A DNA stretch of 58,377 nt from an uncultured Planctomycetales bacterium (lineage in GTDB: Bacteria > Omnitrophota > Gorgyraeia > Gygaellales > Profunditerraquicolaceae). The DNA lies in contig CAYXSY010000010.1 of assembly GCA_964467905.1 (NCBI GenBank), positions 2,415 to 60,791 on the forward strand, in the 5' to 3' direction. Positions 1-7,898 of the stretch are shown in pieces. Under the pieces are notes generated by a model that made no database searches, was not told the origin of the DNA, and saw nothing but the letters and a program-made list of their open reading frames with translations. Both the position numbers and the translations under genes were made by a program. The first letter of the stretch is position 1. Each line of letters starts with the position of its first letter.

Positions 1-107
1 CGGTTTTTAGAAAAGAATGGCTTCAGAATAAAGATTTTAAGAGCATTAGTGGCGCTATAAGAAAATACCTAGAGAAACTTCCGTAATTGTTTTTTTTGGA
101 GGTTAGT

Positions 108-719
108 ATGAAAAAAGTCATTATTTTATCTTCTTTTTGTTTTTTACTATTTACGCCTATGGGCTGGTGTGTTCAGGAAATTCCCGGTTTTGATGATGTT
201 TGGGTAAGCCCGGAAGCAAATTTTAGTTCTTACGATGTTATTTTTATTGACCGTCTTGATTTAAGTGCAGTTAACATTGATGTTTTTGATCCATACCCTA
301 CGGATGATCATTCAAGCGATAATAAAACCGATAATGATATTAGGGATGAAATGGCTATGCAGATACATGAATTATTTTCGGATGCTCTGGGTAAGGTTTT
401 GCCGGTAGAAAGAAAAAAGTCAGCTTTAGGGGGAAAGAAAGCTCTTATTCTTAAGGTGCGCCTGTCAGGAACAGTAGAAGATGAAAGCTTGCTTAGGGGC
501 GAGCTTTTTAAGCTAAAAGGCACAAGCGTTCATATAGACTGCGAGCTGGATGATTATAATACGTCAACCAAGATTCTTACTGTTTCTGATGATTATGAAA
601 AAGCAACGGATAAATATGATATTTCGACTTTAAAAGGAAGTGATTTGGATAGGTGGTATAAGGCTGTTGATTTTTGGGCTAAGGGCTTGGCAGACTATAT
701 TGCCTCTAATAGAAAATAG
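108..719 (+). CDS. Secreted hypothetical protein, DUF3313-like
   Basis: GGAGG at 98-102 favours ATG 108 over TTG 87; signal-peptide-like N-terminus; WVSPEANFSSYDVIFID resembles the start of DUF3313 proteins. Confidence 0.5.
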   Translation: MKKVIILSSFCFLLFTPMGWCVQEIPGFDDVWVSPEANFSSYDVIFIDRLDLSAVNIDVFDPYPTDDHSSDNKTDNDIRDEMAMQIHELFSDALGKVLPVERKKSALGGKKALILKVRLSGTVEDESLLRGELFKLKGTSVHIDCELDDYNTSTKILTVSDDYEKATDKYDISTLKGSDLDRWYKAVDFWAKGLADYIASNRK

Positions 720-729
720 TATTATAGCC

Positions 730-1101
730 TTAGCTATCTTTGATGAAAAGATAGTAAATTGACACTACAAATATTAAAATTATTATTATTGTTCTTAATA
801 TATCCGCAGGTATGAATTCCGATTCCGCAAAAGTCCCGCCGAAATGAGTGTTTATTATCGTAATTAAATAAAGCATAGATGAAACCAGCAGGCAGTACGA
901 AAATGCCTTTTTGTATCCCCAGCTTCTTGAGAGGAATAGAAAAGCAACCAGGATAATCAGGTCGAATACGGGGTTAGTAAAATAAAAATAGTAGTTGTTT
1001 AATTCTTCGATGTGGGGTTTAAGGGATTTGAAGAAATTTATAGCTGTCGGGTTATTGAAGAGGGAAATTGCGTTTTTATGTACATCCTGCAGTATTTCCA
1101 T
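730..1101 (-). CDS. Hypothetical membrane protein (about 3 TM helices)
   Basis: Fills the gap between + genes without overlap; three hydrophobic segments. Confidence 0.65.
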   Translation of the reverse strand: MEILQDVHKNAISLFNNPTAINFFKSLKPHIEELNNYYFYFTNPVFDLIILVAFLFLSRSWGYKKAFSYCLLVSSMLYLITIINTHFGGTFAESEFIPADILRTIIIILIFVVSIYYLFIKDS

Positions 1102-1224
1102 AGCTATATTATACCTTTGTTTTTATCGGTATCGCAAGCATTAATTAATCTTAAGGTATAGCTAAAATATGTTTTGGTTTTCTAAGCTATTGGAGTATAA
1201 TAATAAAAAATAAGGAGGATTTTT

Positions 1225-1401
1225 ATGGCGAGGTTATTTATTATTCCTTTTATAGTTTTTGGGCTGGCTGTGTTGTCTTTTTCAGGATGTAATACTCTCA
1301 AGAAAGATGTGGATAGCGCAGAGCAAGATTTAAGCGTAGATTCTTCGCCTGAATACCCCGACGGCTTGGAGAAAGAAATAGAAGAACGCGGCGAGCCTTA
1401 A
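1225..1401 (+). CDS. Small lipoprotein, 58 aa (absent from the ORF track), entericidin-like N-terminus
   Basis: AAGGAGG at 1212-1218; translation MARLFIIPFIVFGLAVLSFSGCNTLKKDVDSAEQDLSVDSSPEYPDGLEKEIEERGEP*; lipobox FSGC. Confidence 0.75.
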   Translation: MARLFIIPFIVFGLAVLSFSGCNTLKKDVDSAEQDLSVDSSPEYPDGLEKEIEERGEP

Positions 1402-1445
1402 TAATCAGATATTTTACCGGACGCATTGTTTTTTAAACAAAATTA

Positions 1446-1454
1446 TGTTATACT
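1446..1454 (+). promoter_or_regulatory. Extended -10 promoter (TGnTATACT)
   Basis: TG 1446-47 and TATACT 1449-54, 6 nt upstream of the structured segment starting at 1461. Confidence 0.5.
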
Positions 1455-1460
1455 TTATTT

Positions 1461-1613
1461 GCAATCTCGGAGATTCGCTGTTAGCACGGGTTAACAAAAG
1501 GGATGAGATTTTTCATTTAATCCGTAGGGGCGAGATAACCCGGAGCGTCCGAGATTCCAAATACTTCGCCCCTACCGTTAATATAATCCCGGCTTTTTAA
1601 AGCCGGGATTTTT
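1461..1613 (+). ncRNA. Candidate structured ncRNA or leader RNA, family unassigned
   Basis: Nested helices 1463-71/1548-56, 1476-79/1544-47 and 1487-93/1536-42; extra 10-bp pairing 1524-33/1566-75; bounded by a promoter and a terminator. Confidence 0.5.
1585..1613 (+). terminator. Intrinsic terminator
   Basis: AATCCCGGCTTT/AAAGCCGGGATT 12-bp stem followed by a T run. Confidence 0.8.
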
Positions 1614-1638
1614 GTTATTATATCGATAAGGAGGCCTT

Positions 1639-2064
1639 ATGAAAAAGATAGCTATAGTTATGGTGTCTTGTTCCCTCATTATTTTGGCATCCCTATTTTT
1701 TGTTGAAGAAGCATATTGCCGTTATGGGGCAACACTTTTTGATGCAGACCCTTCGGCGCCGTTTTTGCTTTATCCTTCTTCGGATAATGTGGATTTGACA
1801 GGTAAGAGCAGTCTTAGTTTTCAATGGGAAAGGTCACAGCTTTATCTGACTGATTATTTTGACTTTAAGGTGTATAAGGGTTATGTTACTTCGCAGGATA
1901 ACCTTATTTTTAAGAAGCAGCTTGATGCTTATGATTATCCGGTTTCTGTTCCGGCATCATATTTTGAAGTAGGCCAGACTTATACCTGGACTTTAGTGCA
2001 GGTATTTTCCAGTGGCGTAAAAAGCGAACGGGCTTTTGATTCTTTTAGTATTTCTAAGAAGTGA
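1639..2064 (+). CDS. Secreted hypothetical protein, Fn3/Ig-like beta domain
   Basis: AAGGAGG RBS; signal peptide; PFLLYP..SLSFQWE..YTWTLV pattern. Confidence 0.6.
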   Translation: MKKIAIVMVSCSLIILASLFFVEEAYCRYGATLFDADPSAPFLLYPSSDNVDLTGKSSLSFQWERSQLYLTDYFDFKVYKGYVTSQDNLIFKKQLDAYDYPVSVPASYFEVGQTYTWTLVQVFSSGVKSERAFDSFSISKK

Positions 2065-2450
2065 TAAAGATTTCTAAATTTATTACTGTTCTTAGCATGC
2101 TTGGCGTTGTTTGCTCTTTTTATCTATGCGGTTGTAGTGATAATATCCCTGTTTACGGCGCTTATCCTAAAACCGGCTTAGCCAGCTGGTATGTTTCAAA
2201 ACATACGGCTTCAGGCGAGGCTTATAGGGATAATCTGTTTAGCTGCGCGCTTAGAAAAAGAGACTTTGGGCAATACTACAAGGTTTGCAATCTGGATAAT
2301 AACAGATGCGTGGTGGTAAGGCATAATAATTTTGGCCCTTCGCGCGCGATGTTTAATAAAGGCAGGGTCATAGATTTAAGCAAAGAAGCTTTCTTGAGGA
2401 TTGCGGATTTAGAAGACGGCGTTATCAGAGTGAGCGTTGAGGAAGAATGA
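2061..2450 (+). CDS. rlpA: RlpA-like lipoprotein, DPBB domain (no SPOR domain)
   Basis: Lipobox LCGC; GLASWY, TASGE and GRVIDLS motifs. Confidence 0.8.
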   Translation: MIKISKFITVLSMLGVVCSFYLCGCSDNIPVYGAYPKTGLASWYVSKHTASGEAYRDNLFSCALRKRDFGQYYKVCNLDNNRCVVVRHNNFGPSRAMFNKGRVIDLSKEAFLRIADLEDGVIRVSVEEE

Positions 2451-2701
2451 CATTAAAGTGCCCCAATTGCGGACATGACAACGAATCAGGCGCAGCATCG
2501 TGCAGGATGTGTCAATTTGCATTTATCAAGGAGCAGCTGAGTAATCCTGTCCCGCAAGCCATTAAGTCTCCTTCGGATATTGAGCCGGTGGTTATTTCTT
2601 ATCAGGGCCAAGAGTTCTATGAAGGCGTATATAAGCTGCGTTTTCTGATTCTCATTTTAGTGTTGGTAGTTTTCTGTTTATATTTTATTATTGTCGGTTG
2701 A
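2447..2701 (+). CDS. Zinc-ribbon protein with a C-terminal TM helix
   Basis: CPNC..CRMC; hydrophobic C-terminus; ATGA overlap with rlpA. Confidence 0.65.
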   Translation: MTLKCPNCGHDNESGAASCRMCQFAFIKEQLSNPVPQAIKSPSDIEPVVISYQGQEFYEGVYKLRFLILILVLVVFCLYFIIVG

Positions 2702-2714
2702 GGAGGGATAAGCT

Positions 2715-3260
2715 ATGATAAGGAAGGCGTTCGTACTATTGGCGTTAGCGGTAATTATTAACTTTAACTCAAAAGGAGTATGCGCGGTGGATAAAAACAT
2801 AGTGGTTTTGGAAACAACGCAGGGGACAATAGAGATAAAACTTATGCCTGATATTGCACCTAAGGCGTGTGAAAATTTCAAGAAGCTGGTACAGAAAGGC
2901 TATTATAACGGCATAATCTTTCATCGCGTAATTAAGAATTTTATGATTCAGGGCGGAGATCCTTTAGGTATCGGAAGCGGAGGCGAGTCAATCTGGGGCA
3001 GGCCCTTTGAGGATGAATTTAACCCTGCCGTAAAGTTTGATAAACCGGGCATTCTTGCTATGGCAAACGCCGGGCCTAACACTAACGGCTCGCAGTTTTT
3101 TATTACCACGGTATCTACTCCATGGTTAAATATGAAGCATACTATTTTCGGTGAAGTAATTTCCGGGTTTGACGTTGTTAAGAAGATAGAGAATGTGGAG
3201 ACCGGCCTGGCGGATAAGCCGGTTGTTGATCAGAAAATTATAAAGGCATATTTGAAATAA
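2715..3260 (+). CDS. Cyclophilin-type peptidyl-prolyl isomerase (exported)
   Basis: [15 protein letters not shown] and [16 protein letters not shown] motifs; signal peptide. Confidence 0.95.
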   Translation: MIRKAFVLLALAVIINFNSKGVCAVDKNIVVLETTQGTIEIKLMPDIAPKACENFKKLVQKGYYNGIIFHRVIKNFMIQGGDPLGIGSGGESIWGRPFEDEFNPAVKFDKPGILAMANAGPNTNGSQFFITTVSTPWLNMKHTIFGEVISGFDVVKKIENVETGLADKPVVDQKIIKAYLK

Positions 3261-3286
3261 TAATTGAGGAGGTTTATAAGATAGCA

Positions 3287-3658
3287 ATGGGTAAAAAAGA
3301 GAAGATAAAATGTCATGAATGTAAAAAGCCGCATGAGTGTTGTCAGTTTGGCGCATGGCTTGATTTAGATGAAGCGAAAAAGATCCTAGACCTTAAGATA
3401 AAAGGAGGAGATTTCTTTCATCTTGAGAAAGATGATGATTATCCTTCCGGCTATAGGACCAGCACCAGCGTTGAAGACGAGAAGTGCACCTTTTTAACCC
3501 GGGATGGCTTATGCGCGATTCATAAAATTAGTTATGACCTTAAACCAACGCATTGTAAAGAATTCCCCTATGAGGGGAAGAGGCTCTCTTCTTTTGCAAA
3601 GTATATTTGCGGCCATGTTAAGGCTATCCATAAGAAGAAACGCAGAGCAAAGAAATAA
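3287..3658 (+). CDS. YkgJ-family cysteine-cluster protein
   Basis: CHEC..CC, CTFL..LCAIH, PTHCKEFPY. Confidence 0.8.
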   Translation: MGKKEKIKCHECKKPHECCQFGAWLDLDEAKKILDLKIKGGDFFHLEKDDDYPSGYRTSTSVEDEKCTFLTRDGLCAIHKISYDLKPTHCKEFPYEGKRLSSFAKYICGHVKAIHKKKRRAKK

Positions 3659-3661
3659 TTT

Positions 3662-4099
3662 ATGAAGTATACTAAGGGATCAATAGGCAGAGTTTTCTTA
3701 TTAAAATTTAATGATGGCGACATTGTTATCAATGAACTCGTCAAGCTTGCGCGTAAAGAAAATATTAAATCTGCAACAATATTATTTATTGGCGCCTTGA
3801 AAAAAGGGGATTTGGTGACCGGGCCGAAGAAGCCGGTTATTCCTCCTGAACCTAATTGGGTCAAATTCGCAGGCGGGTGGGAGGCTATGGGCATAGGAAC
3901 AATATTCTCTAATTCTTCAGGTCCGCAAGTCCATATTCATACCGCTATGGGCAAAGCTAAAAAAGCTTTTACCGGGTGTCTTAGAAAAGAATCTAAGGTT
4001 TTTCTTGTGGTTGAGGCGGTTGTATTTGAATTGAAAGGGGTAAAAGCATCTAAGGCCACAGACCCCAAAACAGGGCTTAATTTATTGAGGATCGCTTAG
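3662..4099 (+). CDS. PPC/DUF296 domain protein
   Basis: GRVFLLKFNDGD and VHIHTAMG motifs. Confidence 0.85.
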   Translation: MKYTKGSIGRVFLLKFNDGDIVINELVKLARKENIKSATILFIGALKKGDLVTGPKKPVIPPEPNWVKFAGGWEAMGIGTIFSNSSGPQVHIHTAMGKAKKAFTGCLRKESKVFLVVEAVVFELKGVKASKATDPKTGLNLLRIA

Positions 4100-4172
4100 C
4101 ATAATCTATTTACTATATGCGAGAATTGCCATATAATTATCTATAGATAGAATTATGACAGGAGGTAAGTTT

Positions 4173-4646
4173 ATGGGTAAAAAGGGATTTACTTTATTGG
4201 AGATTACTGTTGTCTTGGTTATTGTCGGGATATTAGCTTCGATAGGCATAGCGCAGTATCATAAGGTGGTAAGAGAGTCTTATTTTGGCGAGGCAAAGAC
4301 AAATTTATCTATGTTGCGCAAGTTGATGATAGCATACAAGGACGAATACGGCTCTTATCCAGCTAATGTTACTCAAGAGTATAATCCGCTAGGTGTGGAT
4401 TTGGCTCTTTGGGGTAATGGACGCGCATCTGATGCTTGCGCTGATGCTAATTTCTTTTTTCAGTATGATTGCTGGGGTGATGTTGAGGTTGGTGGAACGG
4501 CACAAATCCCAAGATGCATAGCCTTTAGGTGTGAGTCGGGAGGCAAAAACCCGCAAGCACCTGATCTTAATGAGCGATTAGTTTTGTTTATTGAGAACGG
4601 GACTTTAAGAAAATGGTCTAATGGTACGTCTTATGATATGTATTGA
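4173..4646 (+). CDS. Type IV pilin-like protein
   Basis: GGAGG 4161-65 favours ATG 4173; prepilin motif KKG/FTLLEITVVLVIVGILASI. Confidence 0.9.
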   Translation: MGKKGFTLLEITVVLVIVGILASIGIAQYHKVVRESYFGEAKTNLSMLRKLMIAYKDEYGSYPANVTQEYNPLGVDLALWGNGRASDACADANFFFQYDCWGDVEVGGTAQIPRCIAFRCESGGKNPQAPDLNERLVLFIENGTLRKWSNGTSYDMY

Positions 4647-4671
4647 TTACTTACTTTCTGGTTGTAGCAAC

Positions 4672-4701
4672 AAAAAACCCCGATTTATTCGGGGTTTTTT
4701 T
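4672..4701. terminator. Bidirectional intrinsic terminator
   Basis: AAAAAACCCCGA/TCGGGGTTTTTT. Confidence 0.85.
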
Positions 4702-4760
4702 GTAGGTGATAGGCCTATATAGGTTGTCCCTATCTGACCGTCCTCCTTTGAATGAGTAAG

Positions 4761-4806
4761 CCCCGTTAGAAAGCAGGAGTTCTAACGATTATTCTTTCTA
4801 ACGGGG
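4761..4806. repeat. CCCGTTAGA-family palindrome without a cargo gene
   Basis: CCCCGTTAGAAAG 4761-73 / CTTTCTAACGGGG 4794-4806; same core as the GIY-YIG element ends. Confidence 0.75.
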
Positions 4807-4866
4807 TAAACGCTTGTATAAGATATCTGCCATATTTTAGCCTGTCTTTCAAGCCCTCGGAGCTAT

Positions 4867-4890
4867 TTTTTAGAAAGCGCTTTCTAAAAA
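4867..4890. promoter_or_regulatory. Perfect 24-bp palindrome upstream of the pgi promoter, possible LacI-type operator
   Basis: TTTTTAGAAAGCGCTTTCTAAAAA. Confidence 0.45.
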
Positions 4891-4896
4891 TTATAC

Positions 4897-4925
4897 TTGA
4901 TGTATTGCCTCGTCGATTATATAAT
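4897..4925 (+). promoter_or_regulatory. sigma70-type promoter of pgi
   Basis: TTGATG-17 nt-TATAAT. Confidence 0.6.
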
Positions 4926-4948
4926 TATCTACAAACGCAGGAGCATTA

Positions 4949-6421
4949 ATGAAACAGATAAGATTTGATTTTAACAATATGTTTGGTTTTTCGATAGGCC
5001 AGACTCATGGCGTTGAGCCTGATGAAATAAAGAAGCTCGCCGGACCTATCCGTGATGCCCATAAACACCTTACGGCTATTATTGAGGATACCAGAAACAG
5101 AATAGGCCTTAATTTGGAATGGGCAGCCCTGCCTTTTCAGGATGAAGCAGAAATAAGAAAAGTTCACCTTTTAGGAAGAGAAATCGCCCGCAAATACAAG
5201 AATGTTCTTTTCTTAGGCATAGGAGGGTCGTATTTGGGCCTGAAGGCAGCGCAGGATGCGTTGCTTGAGCCATATTATAATGATTTTTCCGCCTTAAGAA
5301 GAAACAGCCCCAAGGTTTATTTTGAAGGGAACAACCTTGACCCTGACACGTTAAATAATTTACTTAAAAGCATTAAGCCGCAGGAGACCTGCGTTGTGGT
5401 TATTTCAAAGTCAGGCGAGACCACAGAAACAAAGGCAGCTTTCACAGTCGTTGAGGCCTGGCTTAAGAAACATTTAGGCGCAAAATACGGGCGTAATGTT
5501 ATTGCCATAACTGACCCTGAATCTGGAACTCTGCGTAAGAAAGTCAAAGCCGAGCAGGAAAAAGATGTTTTAAGTTTTCGTAACTTGCCTTTGCTAAAAG
5601 GTGTAGGCGGCAGGTATTCTGAATTCAACATGGGGCTTTTGCACCTTGCAATTACCGGGGTTAATCTGCGCGAGGTCTTACGAGGCGCAGCTGATATGGC
5701 AAAAAGATGCAGCAATCCCGATGTCTACAAGAACCCGGCGTATTTATACGCGGTTCTTTGCTACATTCTTTATCATAAAAAAGGCAAGGCAATATCGATT
5801 ATGATGCCTTTTTCCGAGAAGCTTAAGTCAACCGGAGATTGGTATTGTCAGCTTTTAGCTGAAAGCCTTGGCAAAAAGTATACCCGTAAAGTTAAAGTAA
5901 GGGGCGATGGGACAGAGATTTGGGAGAGAGACCTGACTAATCCTGTGCATTGCGGCCGTACACCGATTGCCTGCCGCGGCACAAACGACTTACACTCCAT
6001 ACAGCAGAATAATATTGAAGGCGAAAATGATAAGGTTGTTACTTTTATTAAAGTAGAAGACTTTGAGCATGATATAAGGATGCCTTTATCCGCAGGCATA
6101 CTTTCTTCTATGAAGTTTTCCGAATTAATTCAGCTTGCCCAGGAGGCGACAGAGTGGTCTTTAGTCAGGGAATCGCGCCCTAACTGTACTATCGCTTTGC
6201 CGAGAGTTTCTCCTTACTATTGGGCAGGGCTTTTATTTTTTCTTGAGATGGCAACCGCTTTTGAAGGCGAGCTGCTTAATGTGAACGCTTTTGACCAGCC
6301 CGGAGTAGAAGGTTATAAAAACTACATGTATTACAAGCTTGGTAAAGCGGGCATCTCCGAAGAAATCATTTCCGAAATCAAAAACTTCCCCCTCATCAAA
6401 AAGAAATCCCTCATCCTCTAA
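4949..6421 (+). CDS. pgi: Glucose-6-phosphate isomerase
   Basis: GIGGSYLG, SKSGETTET, VGGRYS, QLLAESLGK and AFDQPGVE motifs. Confidence 0.92.
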   Translation: MKQIRFDFNNMFGFSIGQTHGVEPDEIKKLAGPIRDAHKHLTAIIEDTRNRIGLNLEWAALPFQDEAEIRKVHLLGREIARKYKNVLFLGIGGSYLGLKAAQDALLEPYYNDFSALRRNSPKVYFEGNNLDPDTLNNLLKSIKPQETCVVVISKSGETTETKAAFTVVEAWLKKHLGAKYGRNVIAITDPESGTLRKKVKAEQEKDVLSFRNLPLLKGVGGRYSEFNMGLLHLAITGVNLREVLRGAADMAKRCSNPDVYKNPAYLYAVLCYILYHKKGKAISIMMPFSEKLKSTGDWYCQLLAESLGKKYTRKVKVRGDGTEIWERDLTNPVHCGRTPIACRGTNDLHSIQQNNIEGENDKVVTFIKVEDFEHDIRMPLSAGILSSMKFSELIQLAQEATEWSLVRESRPNCTIALPRVSPYYWAGLLFFLEMATAFEGELLNVNAFDQPGVEGYKNYMYYKLGKAGISEEIISEIKNFPLIKKKSLIL

Positions 6422-6429
6422 CCCACTAT

Positions 6430-6467
6430 TAGTGTCAGACACTCCTTTAGGTTGGTGTCTGACACTA
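6430..6467. repeat. REP-like hairpin, GTGTCAGACAC family, copy 1
   Basis: TAGTGTCAGACAC/GTGTCTGACACTA with a 12-nt loop; second copy at 43754. Confidence 0.75.
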
Positions 6468-6547
6468 GAATCGATATATGTTGACAAGCTATAGTTTTGC
6501 TTGTATATATTAGGTTACACTAGATATGCTAAAAGATGAGGTAATTT

Positions 6548-6775
6548 ATGGCCGGAATTAGCAAAAAGAACAAAGAAATCATGACTGCCAAGGATGTAGC
6601 CGAGTATTTGAATCTTCATCCCCTTACCGTGCATCGTTATGCGCGCGAAGGCAAGATTCCCGCATTTAAAATCGGGACGGATTGGAGATTCCACAAGAAA
6701 TACATCGAGCGCTGGATTAAAGAGAAACTTACCGGAGCTTCGCGCAAGGTAAAATCAAGCAGCATTTTTGGTTAG
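6548..6775 (+). CDS. Excisionase-like (HTH_17) DNA-binding protein
   Basis: MTAKDVAEYL..TVHRYAREGKIPAFKIGTDWRF. Confidence 0.85.
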   Translation: MAGISKKNKEIMTAKDVAEYLNLHPLTVHRYAREGKIPAFKIGTDWRFHKKYIERWIKEKLTGASRKVKSSSIFG

Positions 6776-6804
6776 TGGAACTCTTTGTATAGCTGCATCT
6801 AAAT

Positions 6805-7842
6805 ATGAGAAAATTCGCTTTCATAATTTTTGTAGATACTATAGAAGCCCTTAAGAGAATACATGGCTTATATCGGGCTTTGCCTTCTTTTGCGGTAGGA
6901 GCGATTCTAAAGAACAAGCCTGCAATTGAAATTTTTCACGCCAGGAATATTACCTGCGGACGCGGGGAGAAAATAGACGGCCACATTATTTTATGTCCGC
7001 TTTTCCCGAATAAATATATGGGCGGCCTGCATATGGATTTCGTCATGGACAGGATAAACAGCGCAGGCAATCTGGCTAAGAAACTTGGTGCAGATATAGT
7101 CGGTTTTGACACTTTGCCCCAGGCAGTCTCCGATAAGGAACAGGTAATTTCCGATACTCTTAAGATCCCCATTACAACCGGCAGGGCCTTAACAGCCTGG
7201 TCGATGTTTGAGGCAGCTTATCGCATAACAAAAGCCAAGAGAATACCTTTTTCGCAGACTGTTATTACCGTTTTGGGGGCGAATAAGCCTTTGGCGCAGT
7301 TGTGCGCTTTTAAATGTTCGAGCCTGGGAGCGCGTCTGGTTATTTTTGACTGGAATCAGGAAAAACTTGTTGCCTCAAAGGAGCGCCTTCTTAAATTCCT
7401 GTGCATAGCGAATAAGCCGGAGGCGCTGACTTTGTTTGCAAAGGATAATTTAGCGCTTGCAGTTGCGGAGGCAGACATTATTATTAATGCGGATAATTTT
7501 GATGAAGGCAGGTTTTTAAATAATACTAAGCGTTCAGCAACAGTATTGGATTTATTTGGTTGTGACGCAAAACCGCTTAATAGGACATCGGCAAACAACG
7601 TTAATTTTATTAAGGCCGCTCTTATAAAAATGCCGCACCTTACCCAGTTGGGATTCCATACCGGGTTGCCGGAAGGAGTCATTTGTTCCGGACTATCTGA
7701 AACAATGCTTTTAACTTACGAAGGAAAATTTGTGAATTATTCGATAGGCGATAATATAAATCCCGATGATTTGGAGGAGATAGCCGACATGGCAGCCGCG
7801 CATGGTTTTGAAGTCTGGTTGCCGGAGGCACCGGTTATATAA
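6805..7842 (+). CDS. Acyl-ACP reductase-like (COG5322-type) protein with degenerate motifs
   Basis: AKKLGADIVG..IPITTG, Rossmann region and SETMLLTYEG fit the family layout. Confidence 0.55.
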   Translation: MRKFAFIIFVDTIEALKRIHGLYRALPSFAVGAILKNKPAIEIFHARNITCGRGEKIDGHIILCPLFPNKYMGGLHMDFVMDRINSAGNLAKKLGADIVGFDTLPQAVSDKEQVISDTLKIPITTGRALTAWSMFEAAYRITKAKRIPFSQTVITVLGANKPLAQLCAFKCSSLGARLVIFDWNQEKLVASKERLLKFLCIANKPEALTLFAKDNLALAVAEADIIINADNFDEGRFLNNTKRSATVLDLFGCDAKPLNRTSANNVNFIKAALIKMPHLTQLGFHTGLPEGVICSGLSETMLLTYEGKFVNYSIGDNINPDDLEEIADMAAAHGFEVWLPEAPVI

Positions 7843-7845
7843 GAT

Positions 7846-7872
7846 ATGACCCTTCGATTAACTCAGGGTCAT
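7846..7872. repeat. Short intergenic hairpin (CCCTTCGA..CTCAGGG type)
   Basis: ATGACCCT/AGGGTCAT stem around TCGATTAACTC. Confidence 0.5.
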
Positions 7873-7898
7873 TTTGATACAGGAAAAATATAGGCAAA

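Noticed and set aside
1461-1559. tRNA, SRP RNA or tmRNA (the segment ends in ..TTCCA)
   Set aside because: No cloverleaf or T-loop, no SRP domain IV motif, and too short for tmRNA; kept only as an unassigned RNA candidate
2061-2450. RlpA as an inactive variant (NDRGP reads NNFGP)
   Set aside because: The Asp I recall as catalytic (IDLS motif) is retained, so inactivity cannot be claimed
6548-6775. Prophage or integrative element implied by the excisionase-like HTH
   Set aside because: No integrase, att site or phage genes nearby
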